DNA of 64,000 nt from Kiritimatiellia bacterium. GTDB lineage: Bacteria > Verrucomicrobiota > Kiritimatiellia > JAAZAB01. The notes beneath the pieces were generated by a model. It ran no database searches. It was not told the origin of the DNA and saw only the letters and a list, made by a program, of their open reading frames with translations. Positions 1 through 8,762 of the stretch are shown here, one piece after another. Position numbers and translations under genes: made by a program. Each line of letters opens with the position of its first letter. Positions within the stretch are counted from its first letter, which is position 1. The stretch lies in contig JAQUMN010000017.1 in the NCBI GenBank assembly GCA_028718125.1, forward strand, positions 8,401-72,400, in the 5' to 3' direction.

Positions 1-371
1 CGTCCTTTGTCGGCAAAGTCGTGGGCGCGCTGGCTTACGGCGATCAGGTCGAGATCCAGCAAACGCAGGGCGCCTGGTCGAAGGTCGCCGGCGCGGGCGT
101 GTCCGGTTGGATGCACACCTCGGCGCTGTCCTCCAAGAAGATCGTGCTCGCGGCGGGCCAGAAACAGGCCAACGTGGCCGCCTCCGGCGACGAGCTGGCG
201 CTGGCCGGCAAGGGCTTTAACTCGGACGTCGAGGCCCAGTTCAAGGCCGGGCATAAGGACATTGATTTTACGTGGATCAACCGGATGGAAAAAATCCGCA
301 TTTCCGCGGCGGAAATGCAGGTCTTCCTTCAAAACGGCGGCGTAACGCCGAAGGAAGGAGGCGCGAAATGA
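1..371 (+). CDS. SH3 (bacterial SH3b)-domain protein, C-terminal fragment; 5' end lies outside the window
   Basis: Frame +3 is open from position 3 to the stop at 369-371. 'GDQVEIQQTQGAWSKVAGAGVSGWMHTSAL' is SH3b-like. The stop overlaps the next gene's ATG (ATGA). Confidence 0.5.
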   Translation, partial: SFVGKVVGALAYGDQVEIQQTQGAWSKVAGAGVSGWMHTSALSSKKIVLAAGQKQANVAASGDELALAGKGFNSDVEAQFKAGHKDIDFTWINRMEKIRISAAEMQVFLQNGGVTPKEGGAK

Positions 372-1288
372 ACATGCTCTACCGCGCTGCCATTTTGCCC
401 TTATGCGCCTTGGCCCTGGCCGGCTTGCCGGCCTGCCAGACCATGGATACGCTTTCGGAAGTCGGCGCCGGCGTGGCCGTGGCCACGGGTGTGGCCACCC
501 CCCAACAGGGGCAATCCATCAAGAAAGCTGGTTCGGCGGTCGGCAAGACGTTTGAATCCATTACGCCGGAACAGGAATACTATATTGGCCGGACGGTGGG
601 CGCCATGGTGCTCAACCAGTACAAGCCCCTGGACAACAAGGCGGCCAACAATTACCTGAACGTGCTCGGCCAGACGCTCGCCCAGTTCTCGGATAGGCCG
701 GAAACATTTGGCGGGTATCATTTCCTGGTCATGGAAACGGAGGATGTGAACGCCTTTTCCGCGCCGGGCGGTTTGATTTTCATCTCGCGTGGAATGATCC
801 GCTGCTGCCAGAACGAGGATGCGCTGGCCGCCGTGTTGGCCCATGAAATCGGGCACGTGGAACTTCAGCACGGCTTGCAGGCCATAAGTAAAAGCAGGAT
901 GACTTCGGCCCTGACGATCCTGGCCACCGAGAGCGCCAAGTCGTTTGGCGGGCAGGAGCTGGCCCAGCTGACGGAAGCGTTCGAAGGCTCGATTACCGAC
1001 ATCACTTCGACCATGATGAACAACGGGTATTCTCGCGGGTTCGAGCGCCAGGCCGACAGCGCCGCCGTGACGATCCTTCAACGTTCCGGCTATGACCCGA
1101 ACGGATTGATCGCCATGCTGACCCAGATGAAGAAACAACTCAAGCCCGGCGGGCATGATTTTGCCAAGACCCATCCCTCGCCGGACAGCCGCATTGAGGA
1201 TATCGCGAAGTTGGTTGGTCCGGCCACGCCGATAGTTTCCCCCGCAGCCCGTCAGGCAAGGTTTCAAGCGGCGGCAGGAAAAATCTAA
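368..1288 (+). CDS. M48-family zinc metallopeptidase, lipoprotein
   Basis: N-terminal signal peptide with lipobox 'LAGLPAC'. HExxH motif 'HEIGHVELQH' sits in an M48/Ste24-like context. ATG at 368 overlaps the upstream stop. Confidence 0.8.
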   Translation: MNMLYRAAILPLCALALAGLPACQTMDTLSEVGAGVAVATGVATPQQGQSIKKAGSAVGKTFESITPEQEYYIGRTVGAMVLNQYKPLDNKAANNYLNVLGQTLAQFSDRPETFGGYHFLVMETEDVNAFSAPGGLIFISRGMIRCCQNEDALAAVLAHEIGHVELQHGLQAISKSRMTSALTILATESAKSFGGQELAQLTEAFEGSITDITSTMMNNGYSRGFERQADSAAVTILQRSGYDPNGLIAMLTQMKKQLKPGGHDFAKTHPSPDSRIEDIAKLVGPATPIVSPAARQARFQAAAGKI

Positions 1289-2337
1289 TGGGCATGCGAA
1301 TAAAACCTCTTCATATAGTGCTTCTGTATAATGCGAGCATCCTGGGGGCGCCTGATCAGCCCGATGACACCAGCAGCACAGATGAACTGCGTCGCATGAT
1401 TCGGCGCATGGCGCGCGTGTTGCGGGGGCTTAATCACCGGGTAACGATCATGCCCCTGGCCCAGGACCTGCTGGCATTCCAACATCGCCTGCGGCATTTG
1501 CGGCCCGATGTGGTCTTCAATCAGTATGACGACGTTGTCCACGGGGCGCTCTATGAAATGCGCGTGGCAGCGCTGGTGCGCATGCTGGGCTACCCGATGA
1601 CCGGGTCGCCGGCTTTGGCATTAGGCCTGACCCGTTCCAAATATATGACCGCCAGTCTGCTTCACGGCGTCGGTATTTTGATTCCACCCAAAACCGAACT
1701 CCTCGAGCAAATTGGCGACGTGGACCGCTACGCTTGGCAATTTCCGCTGATTGTGCAAGCCAGCCAGGAGCATGCCGGCATCGGCCTGGAGCGCGATTCG
1801 GTGGTTTATTCCAAGAAGGCGCTCCGGCACAAGGTGCGGCATATCCTCAAGACGTACCTGCAGCCGGCGCTGGCCCAGCGGTTTTTACCTGGCCGGGAAT
1901 TCAACGTGGGCATCCTCGGTGGACGCAAGCCGTGTGTCCTGCCGTTGGCCGAGGTTAATTATTCTGAGTTGCCCTCTGATATTCCGCCGATCATGTCGTA
2001 TGCCGCCAAGTGGCTGGAGAACACTGTGGAATATAAGAAAACCAGCGTGATCTGCCCGGCACTGGTCGAACCCGAGTTGGCGCGCGAGATCGGGCGGACA
2101 GCTTTACGGTCGTTTCGCGCCGTCAGCGGCTGGGGATATGGGCGCGTGGATATCCGCCTGGACGCCTCCGGACAACCCCGTGTCCTGGAAGTGAATTGCA
2201 ATCCATCGCTGGAGGAAGGTGTGGCTCTGGCACGCTCCGCCCAGGCCGCAGGCATTCAGTATCCCCAGCTTTTACAGATGGTCATCAAGGCGGCGTTGGA
2301 ACACTCGCCCTTCGACGTCGAAGTTCCCATGCTGTAA
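1288..2337 (+). CDS. ATP-grasp domain protein (D-alanine-D-alanine ligase / RimK-like fold), cytoplasmic
   Basis: 349 aa with an ATP-grasp C-terminal half ('EFNVGILGG...GYGRVDIRLDASGQPRVLEVNCNPSL'). The start overlaps the M48 stop by 1 nt (TAATG), so the two genes are translationally coupled. Confidence 0.7.
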   Translation: MGMRIKPLHIVLLYNASILGAPDQPDDTSSTDELRRMIRRMARVLRGLNHRVTIMPLAQDLLAFQHRLRHLRPDVVFNQYDDVVHGALYEMRVAALVRMLGYPMTGSPALALGLTRSKYMTASLLHGVGILIPPKTELLEQIGDVDRYAWQFPLIVQASQEHAGIGLERDSVVYSKKALRHKVRHILKTYLQPALAQRFLPGREFNVGILGGRKPCVLPLAEVNYSELPSDIPPIMSYAAKWLENTVEYKKTSVICPALVEPELAREIGRTALRSFRAVSGWGYGRVDIRLDASGQPRVLEVNCNPSLEEGVALARSAQAAGIQYPQLLQMVIKAALEHSPFDVEVPML

Positions 2338-2350
2338 CGGCACAAGGGAA

Positions 2351-2534
2351 GGTGTTCAGTGTTCGGTGTTCAGAACCGGAAGAATCAGGTTGCCGACGTA
2401 ATAACATCCCCCCTTGGTGCGCACATCTCAATTGAAATATAAAATGTTGCGACACGTTTTAATCAAGCAGGCCCGCAGGATTACTGGATTTCAACCTGAA
2501 TCCCGAACCCTGAACACCGAACACCCCTGAACAG
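2351..2534. repeat. Imperfect ~25-35 bp inverted repeats (GGTGTTCAGTGTTCGGTGTTCAG / CTGAACACCGAACACCCCTGAACAG) flanking ~135 bp of AT-richer sequence between convergent genes; candidate small MITE or bidirectional terminator structure
   Basis: Read directly: left arm 2351-2373, right arm 2510-2534, sharing the 15-mer GTGTTCGGTGTTCAG in inverted orientation. Confidence 0.4.
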
Positions 2535-2540
2535 TCTCCC

Positions 2541-3578
2541 TTATTCCGTGAACCGGCCCATGTAGGTGACATCCATTGCCAGTGCGGTGGCCAGCGCGGT
2601 TACATCCATGAGGCGGTCTGTTTCCGTTGCACGGGGGAAGACCAGGCCCAACGCCCGTGTGCGATCTTCCAATTTGGTGATAATAGTGCCGACGTCTTCA
2701 CTGCCTAAGCCCGACCAGTGCGCAACCCGGGCCAATAGGTTGTCATGGTTCCGGTTGAGCAGTTCGTGCGCCGGCATGCGATTGTGGCCGCGCGTGCGCC
2801 GAAATATATCGCGGAGCTTGTCGTCCACATAACCTTGAGCGGCGGCGCGATAACGTTCCGCGCGCTGGCCGTAGTGCTCCGCCAGGAGCATCGTCATTTC
2901 CGAAATGGGATTTTCCAGCTTGCCGCCCAGGCAGCGCGCCGGCCGGCTTCGTATATGTCGCATCAGCGAATCCACATAACGGAGCTTGCGCAAGGCCGGC
3001 CATTGGCCATATTTCCGGCGCCAGGCCGAGCGTGGGGTCAACCATACGGCAAACGTTTCTGCAAAGTCCTCGTCAGGATGCTTTTGCGCATAATGACGGC
3101 CGTATTGGCTATGGGGAATATGCCAGACAAACTCGCGACTGGCTAGGTTGGGCTGGAAGCTGTCGCGATAGGGCTTGGAAAACCGACCGAACATATCCGT
3201 CCAGTCAGTGCGCTCCCACAGGCGATAGGCATAGTTGATGGCGTGGCCTGCTTCGTGGCGCAGAAACATCATCAAAAGCTGATCATCTTCCACTTCGCCG
3301 GTCTGCTCTTCCTCTATTTGACGTAAGCGCTTATCGGCTAAATAGAAAGGAATGCCGATCACCGGCACCTCGTCCGGGCAACCCCACGAATCCGTTAGAT
3401 AGAAGGATGGCTGAAAACGAAGGTCGCGGGCCGTAAACTCCCGGCGAATACGTTCCGCGGGAGCATCGAGGGGGGAGCCCTCGATAGTCAGGCCCAAGTC
3501 ACAAACCCTGGTATTGAGCAGTTCATACCGGATGGTATCCCAGCTGTTGATAAGCGATGACGTGCGGGCCGCTGACAT
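2541..3578 (-). CDS. Putative zinc-dependent peptidase (HExxH 'HEAGHAINYAY'), uncharacterised family
   Basis: 345-aa ORF with an HEAGH motif and no signal peptide. It is convergent with the ATP-grasp gene. Confidence 0.5.
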   Translation of the reverse strand: MSAARTSSLINSWDTIRYELLNTRVCDLGLTIEGSPLDAPAERIRREFTARDLRFQPSFYLTDSWGCPDEVPVIGIPFYLADKRLRQIEEEQTGEVEDDQLLMMFLRHEAGHAINYAYRLWERTDWTDMFGRFSKPYRDSFQPNLASREFVWHIPHSQYGRHYAQKHPDEDFAETFAVWLTPRSAWRRKYGQWPALRKLRYVDSLMRHIRSRPARCLGGKLENPISEMTMLLAEHYGQRAERYRAAAQGYVDDKLRDIFRRTRGHNRMPAHELLNRNHDNLLARVAHWSGLGSEDVGTIITKLEDRTRALGLVFPRATETDRLMDVTALATALAMDVTYMGRFTE

Positions 3579-3878
3579 TTTGTATGCCCTTTATATTAAA
3601 TGGTTGCGCAATAAGGACATTTGATGTAAAATGTATTGCAATGTTTAGGTGACGTTGTCCGCATTCTGGAATTTACACATGCGTTGCGGACGGCAATACT
3701 ACTCTGGGGCTGATGGAGTTCAAGACTAATCGGCGGGGGAAAAAGCGCGGGCGAGAAAACTACGAAATATGCGAAAAGCGCTAAAATTGGAGAAAGCGAT
3801 AAAATTTTGGTGCCCAACGGTTACCTGCCAGAGTTCACCACACCTATCCATTTCGCGTGTTTTGCGTTGTTTCGTAGT

Positions 3879-4077
3879 TAAATGTATAGGAATTTTCCGC
3901 CGGAGGCGGATCCGCCTATGGCGGACAATCCGTCTTTGTTGTCATTCCGAGCGTAGCGAGGAATCTCGCCGCGAGAGATCCCTTCGACTTCGCTCAGGGC
4001 AGGCTCTTCATTGCGTTCAGGATGACAATCCGAACAGAATAAAAGTCGCCCCGCCTTGCGGGGCCTAATTTGAAAAA
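3879..4077 (+). repeat. Interspersed repeat family 1, copy A (~200 bp, hairpin-rich MITE/REP-like element)
   Basis: About 95% identical to 8521-8706 and 22111-22310. Contains the palindrome GGCGGATCCGCC and the hairpins ATTCCGAGCGTAGCGAGGAAT and GCCCCGCCTTGCGGGGC. TTGTCATTCCGAGCG pairs with GCGTTCAGGATGACAA. Confidence 0.75.
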
Positions 4078-4113
4078 GGCCTGAATACTTGCTGTCAATG
4101 AATCGGAAATGCC

Positions 4114-6168
4114 ATGAATGATTATGCTTTTCTTACTGATCTTGCCGTTGTCATTGCTCTGGCTGGCGCCGCGGCGCTGATATGCCAGTGGCTGAAGCAA
4201 CCCCGGGTCATAGGCTATATATTGGCCGGTATTTTCATTGGCTTGCCAACCAATTTGACTCCGGTGCTGACCAATCAGGCATCCATTCATACGTTGGCGG
4301 AGCTTGGCCTGATTTTCCTCCTGTTTTCCCTCGGCTTGGATTTTAACCTGCGCAAGCTCCGCGACGTCGGTTTCGCGGCTCTGGGGATTGCCGTCGTGGA
4401 CGTTGCCGTCATGCTTTGGCTGGGGTACATGATTGGCCAGGCGCTTGGCTGGAATCTGGTGGAAAGTCTCTTCCTGGGCGCAATCATTTGCGATTCCTCC
4501 ACCGCAATTGTTGCCAAGATGTTGGGGGAAACGGATCAGCGGCGGGAAGCATATGCCAAGTTGATTCTGGGCACTACGATTGTCGAGGACCTGCTGGCGG
4601 TGGTCCTGATTGCGCTGCTAACCGCGATTGGCATTAGCGGCAATGTGCAGGCAAGCATGGTGTTCTCGCACCTCGGGAGCTTGGCAGTCTTTTTGGTGGT
4701 CTTGATAGTCGGCGGTCTGCTTTTTGTGCCCCGTCTGTTAAATATCGTCGGTCGGTCGCGGAGTGATGAATTGCTGATCGTAACGGTTACCGGTCTTTGT
4801 TTTGCCGTGGTCCTTCTGGGCATTCAGCTGGATTTTTCACTGGCGTTGAGCGCTTTTGTAATCGGGGCCATCATGTCCGAGAGCCGCCAACATGTGCGCA
4901 TTGAAATGCTGACCGATCCGCTGCGGGATGTATTTGCCGCGGTGTTTTTCGTGGCGGTAGGGCTGTTGGTGAACCTGCAGATCATCTATACCCACATAGG
5001 TGCGTTGTTGCTGTTGACCTGCGTGGTCATCCTGGCAAAATTTACGACGTGTTCGATCGGGGCCTTTGTCATGGGCAATGATCGGGATACGGCTGTCAGG
5101 ATGGGGTGCGGCATGGCCCAGGTTAATGAATTTGCGCTAATTATTGCGGCTTTGGGTGTGACCCTGAATGTGACCCGCGAGGTTGTCTATCCGCTGGCAG
5201 TGGGGGTGGCGGTGCTGACGACCTTCATCAATCCCTACATATTGCGCCATGCGGACATAATTACGCGCGGGTTGGATGCCGTCCTGCCGCGCTCGTTCCA
5301 GGCTGCCCTGGCGAACTATACGCAGTGGGCGTCGCGCTTCGAGCCGCGCGACGCGCCGGATGCGGTGCGCAAGGCCGTGAAGCGATGCCTGATGATCATC
5401 ATGATCAATGCGGGTTGGATCGCGGCAATTTTTATCATTACGGCCTACCTGGCCCGGCGGTTTCCATACTTGCTTGCCGGTGTCCCGGCGGCGTTGGGCG
5501 GTCCTAACGCCATTTTCTGGTTCGGGGCGGCGCTGGCCATCATTCCATTCCTGGTGGCCTCCTTGCGGAAACTTCAGGCGCTCGGCATGATCCTTGCGGA
5601 AATAAAATTTCCCCAGGCCCCCCATGGCAGCCGCATATCCATTCCGCGCATGCTCACCGAACTGGCGGTTCTCCTTTCGGGGTGCGTGGCGCTGATATTG
5701 TTTGTCCTCATGTTGAGTTCGGCCATTCTGCCGCCCTGGCCGGTCTTGCTGTTGTTGATTCTGGTCATTGCGCTTATCACCAGCCTGATGTGGACATTCA
5801 ATATCCGGATATATGCCAAAGCCCAGACGGCGTTACGCGAGGTGTTTGCCGGCGCGCACGAATGGTTCAGCCTGCATCCCATCGGCGCCATGGCTTATTT
5901 TTTCAAGGATGCGCGTCTCGGCAGCGTTGTCGTGGTGCGGGAATCCAGGGTGGTGGATAAGATTGTACGCGAATTGAATCTGCGCGCGCAAACAGGGGCA
6001 ACTATTATCGGCATTGAACGGCAGGGCATTATGATCATTAACCCGGAAGCAGATGAGACTTTTCAGCCGGGGGATCGCGTGATGTTGCTGGGAACCGGCG
6101 GGCAGATCGAAAACGCCCGTGCGTGGCTGAGTGAACATCCTGCCGGCGAGTCCGGCGCCGGGCGCTGA
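4114..6168 (+). CDS. CPA2-family cation:proton antiporter (Na+/H+ or K+/H+ exchanger) with C-terminal TrkA-C/RCK_C domain
   Basis: 684 aa. The N-terminal ~400 aa are polytopic and membrane-spanning. The C-terminus 'VVVRESRVVDKIVRELNLRAQTGATIIGIERQGIMIINPEADETFQPGDRVMLLG' is RCK_C-like. Confidence 0.8.
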   Translation: MNDYAFLTDLAVVIALAGAAALICQWLKQPRVIGYILAGIFIGLPTNLTPVLTNQASIHTLAELGLIFLLFSLGLDFNLRKLRDVGFAALGIAVVDVAVMLWLGYMIGQALGWNLVESLFLGAIICDSSTAIVAKMLGETDQRREAYAKLILGTTIVEDLLAVVLIALLTAIGISGNVQASMVFSHLGSLAVFLVVLIVGGLLFVPRLLNIVGRSRSDELLIVTVTGLCFAVVLLGIQLDFSLALSAFVIGAIMSESRQHVRIEMLTDPLRDVFAAVFFVAVGLLVNLQIIYTHIGALLLLTCVVILAKFTTCSIGAFVMGNDRDTAVRMGCGMAQVNEFALIIAALGVTLNVTREVVYPLAVGVAVLTTFINPYILRHADIITRGLDAVLPRSFQAALANYTQWASRFEPRDAPDAVRKAVKRCLMIIMINAGWIAAIFIITAYLARRFPYLLAGVPAALGGPNAIFWFGAALAIIPFLVASLRKLQALGMILAEIKFPQAPHGSRISIPRMLTELAVLLSGCVALILFVLMLSSAILPPWPVLLLLILVIALITSLMWTFNIRIYAKAQTALREVFAGAHEWFSLHPIGAMAYFFKDARLGSVVVVRESRVVDKIVRELNLRAQTGATIIGIERQGIMIINPEADETFQPGDRVMLLGTGGQIENARAWLSEHPAGESGAGR

Positions 6169-6194
6169 TTATTCTGCGAAGCCGAGATTCTTCG

Positions 6195-6278
6195 TAAAGC
6201 TCGGAATGACATAATCCTTACACGCGAGCTGTCATATAACAGTTTGTCATTTAGAGCATAGCGAGAAATCTCAAGTTC
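6195..6278. terminator. Long imperfect inverted repeat (GAGATTCTTCGTAAAGCTCGGAATGACA ... TGTCATTTAGAGCATAGCGAGAAATCTC) between convergent CPA2 and CDF genes; probable bidirectional terminator, related to the family-1 'TGTCATTCCGAGCGTAGCGAGGAATCTC' module
   Basis: Read directly. The arms are ~28 nt with a ~35 nt loop, and both contain the GTCATT/AATGAC core. Confidence 0.4.
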
Positions 6279-6294
6279 GTTCTCCAGTTGCTGT

Positions 6295-7230
6295 CTATGT
6301 CATCTGGCGTCTGGTGTTCGGCGTCTGCCCTATGTCCTCCGCCCTCCGGGCTCGGGTGGTGGGGGCGATCAGAACGTGACAGCCCGGAATGCTCCGTTCG
6401 AGAGCGGTCTCCATGCGGTTGATAATTTCCTGGACCTCGGCCATTTTTTTGTCGCCCTCAAATTCCAGCATGAGGTCCACGTATATATGGCTCCCGGACC
6501 GGCGCGAGCGGATGCCGTGAATTTCCTTGTAGTGATCGAAATAGGTTGTTAACTCCTTGACGATGACCAGTTGCAGGGATTCATCCAGCGTGCGGTCCAG
6601 TAAATCGTAGAATGAGTTGGACAGCATGCCCCAGATGGAATGCAGAATAAACCCGCCGATAAACAATGAAGCGGCCGGATCAATGTAAATGGCCCAGGTT
6701 TGAGTTCGCAGGGTCATGCTCAGAATCAGTGCCAGCAGCACGATCAGGTCGGAAAACGCCTTAGTCCGAAACATGCGCCACTGGGCCTCGATAATGGGTG
6801 AAAACTGCTGGCGACCCACCTGGTAATTCTTGATCCAGAGAGTAGTGTTGGCAATCACGCCAACCGTCATCAGGAATATGGCCAGCCATACCCCGCCGGG
6901 ATGCATATCCATCGGATGCCGGAGCCGTTCGAAGGCGCTGTGCAGGACAATGAACAGGGAAATAAACATTGCGCCGGCCACTATCACGCCGGTGATATTT
7001 TCCAGCTTACCCAAGCCGTAGTCGAACCGGACCTTTCGGCTGCGGCGCACCATGCGCAGGGCCAGCCAGGAAAGAAATGTGGCCAGCAGTTCATTGCCGC
7101 ATTTCAGCACATCCGCCCAAAGCGTGATCGAGTTGGCCATTAAGGCCGCGACGACGTCCGGGATAAAGAGCAGGAAATCCGTGACCAGGCTGATAAATAC
7201 GGATTTTTCCTTGTCATGGTGTATGGTCAT
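6295..7230 (-). CDS. Cation diffusion facilitator (CDF) family metal efflux transporter
   Basis: 311 aa with 6 predicted TM helices and a C-terminal cytoplasmic domain, resembling CzcD/FieF. Confidence 0.8.
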   Translation of the reverse strand: MTIHHDKEKSVFISLVTDFLLFIPDVVAALMANSITLWADVLKCGNELLATFLSWLALRMVRRSRKVRFDYGLGKLENITGVIVAGAMFISLFIVLHSAFERLRHPMDMHPGGVWLAIFLMTVGVIANTTLWIKNYQVGRQQFSPIIEAQWRMFRTKAFSDLIVLLALILSMTLRTQTWAIYIDPAASLFIGGFILHSIWGMLSNSFYDLLDRTLDESLQLVIVKELTTYFDHYKEIHGIRSRRSGSHIYVDLMLEFEGDKKMAEVQEIINRMETALERSIPGCHVLIAPTTRARRAEDIGQTPNTRRQMT

Positions 7231-7253
7231 AATTGTCCATGAGAATACGCAGG

Positions 7254-8276
7254 CTAAAAATAACCGGAATATGAAATCGTTTCAATGAGTTCTGTCGGCT
7301 CATGGCGGTAATCGGCCAGGTGCTTCAGCACCCAGTTGGCCAATGCCAGCAGCTCGGATCGCCCTTGGTCATCCTTCGCCAGGTTGCGGCGTGCCAGCGC
7401 ATTGAGCAGGAACTGGCGCGCCGCCGTGAGTGGAACTTCCGTGCGCTGGAGCGTCCAAACCAGGACGGTGCCCTTGACCTTGATTTTGCCGGCAGAATCA
7501 TACGTTGTAAAAGGGGGCTGCTCCATGGACGCGCGTTGGATTTCACCGACAATGCCGCCGGCCAGCCAGGTTTCCACCAGGACAGGCACTTCCGATCCAT
7601 GCCGGCGCACATCGAGACCGGGCGCCCAGTGGCTGGCCTGCGCCAGAACATCCAGGTAGCGCTGGGCCGCGGCGCGCGAATAGCATTTGAAACCGCTTTG
7701 CAGGTCTGGCGGCAGGTCATAGGCCGCGCTGAACTGCGTATTGAGCGCACCGCCGGCGCGCGAGACGGCGAACCGGACGGCGTCCATGATGACCTCGTTC
7801 ATCAGGGTCTCGTATTCGCCGCGCGCGAAACCCAGGTGGCGATGAATGCTCTGGCGTCGGCCGATGACAACCGTCATTTCTGTCCCGGCTTGGGACTGGA
7901 TATGCGCGGAGAGCCGCACCAGGTTCAGCGCGTCGTTGGCCAGATGGTCGTTGTCGTGGTCGCGGATGACAATAAACCGGATGGCGGGATTGGCAAGCAG
8001 CCGTTGGATGCCCTGCGCTACAGCGCCGCCTTTGCCCTCGTTGCGTTCGCCGGCGATTGTCCTGAATGTGCCCAGCCGTTTTTCCAGCCGGCGCAAAGGC
8101 TCGCGCAGGTAAGGGGCGCCGTCCACGATGGCCAGAACGTTATCGCTTGCTGCAAACGGCGCCGCATCCGCCAGGCAGGCGGCCAATAATTTTTGGACCT
8201 CGCCTGCCGGCAAACTTTTCGGATACCAGATCGGGATAATCATGCCGGTGGCGGCTTGGACTTGGGATAAATGCAT
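7254..8276 (-). CDS. Glycosyltransferase, GT2/GT81-like (glucosyl-3-phosphoglycerate synthase-like)
   Basis: 340 aa. 'ERNEGKGGAV' and a nucleotide-sugar-binding-like N-terminal half are present. Family assignment is tentative. Confidence 0.45.
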   Translation of the reverse strand: MHLSQVQAATGMIIPIWYPKSLPAGEVQKLLAACLADAAPFAASDNVLAIVDGAPYLREPLRRLEKRLGTFRTIAGERNEGKGGAVAQGIQRLLANPAIRFIVIRDHDNDHLANDALNLVRLSAHIQSQAGTEMTVVIGRRQSIHRHLGFARGEYETLMNEVIMDAVRFAVSRAGGALNTQFSAAYDLPPDLQSGFKCYSRAAAQRYLDVLAQASHWAPGLDVRRHGSEVPVLVETWLAGGIVGEIQRASMEQPPFTTYDSAGKIKVKGTVLVWTLQRTEVPLTAARQFLLNALARRNLAKDDQGRSELLALANWVLKHLADYRHEPTELIETISYSGYF

Positions 8277-8344
8277 GGGCTAATTTATCGGCAGTGATTG
8301 CCGGAATGCAAGCAAATTGCAGGGAGACCTGAAAGCCAGTCTTG

Positions 8345-8506
8345 CAGGAGTTCCCGCCGTCGTCCGGCAACTGCCGGACTATGGCGGGCAGGCTGCCCCT
8401 CCATGAATGCCGCTTTTTTCGCAATATTGGAGGGCGTCCTGATCACGCCGTGGGCGGGTATCGGGACTGCGACGCCGCTGCTTTCGACATGGATGACACA
8501 GCCGTG
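8345..8506 (+). repeat. Interspersed repeat family 2, copy 1 (~165 bp)
   Basis: Shares ~90% identity with 62690-62850 and, inverted and internally deleted, with 12181-12290. Contains the CCGGCAACTGCCGG hairpin and a CCTCCA...TGGAGG stem. Confidence 0.7.
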
Positions 8507-8520
8507 AAGCCGGCCATAAT

Positions 8521-8706
8521 TAAATGCATAGGAATTTTCCGCCGGAGGCGGATCCGCCTATGGCGGACAATCCGTCTTTGTTGTCATTCCGAGCGTAGCG
8601 AGGAATCTCGCCGCAAGAGATCCCTTCGACTTCGCTCAGGGCAGGCTCTTCACTGCGTTCAGGATGACAATCCGAACAGAATAAAAGCCGCCCCGCCTTG
8701 CGGAGC
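8521..8706 (+). repeat. Interspersed repeat family 1, copy B (immediately abutting family-2 copy)
   Basis: Near-identical to 3879-4077. A degenerate additional 'CCGGCCGGAGGCCTGGCGGCTATGG' module follows at ~8740-8770. Confidence 0.75.
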
Positions 8707-8762
8707 TTGATTAAATTAATATACAGGCAAACTCGAGTGGACCCCGGCCGGAGGCCTGGCGG

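Noticed and set aside
401-1267. 288-aa ORF antisense to the M48 peptidase gene. Other long antisense ORFs are of the same kind: 7302..8189, 12327..13115, 13755..15680 (641 aa), 21096..21908, 23449..24159, 28000..29148, 45484..46281, 47599..48858, 49000..49740, 56134..56856, 59917..60999.
   Set aside because: These are typical high-GC shadow ORFs. They are Arg/Gly/Pro/Ala-rich low-complexity translations with no motifs. In each case the opposite-strand gene has clear family signatures and sensible start/stop coupling.
8342-8710. ORFs translated through repeats (8342..8710, 3769..4068, 12149..12541, 62469..62951, 62594..62839) that look 'conserved' between loci
   Set aside because: The conservation comes from near-identical copies of the MITE-like repeat families, not from protein selection. 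They have no RBS or start context and lie in intergenic elements.
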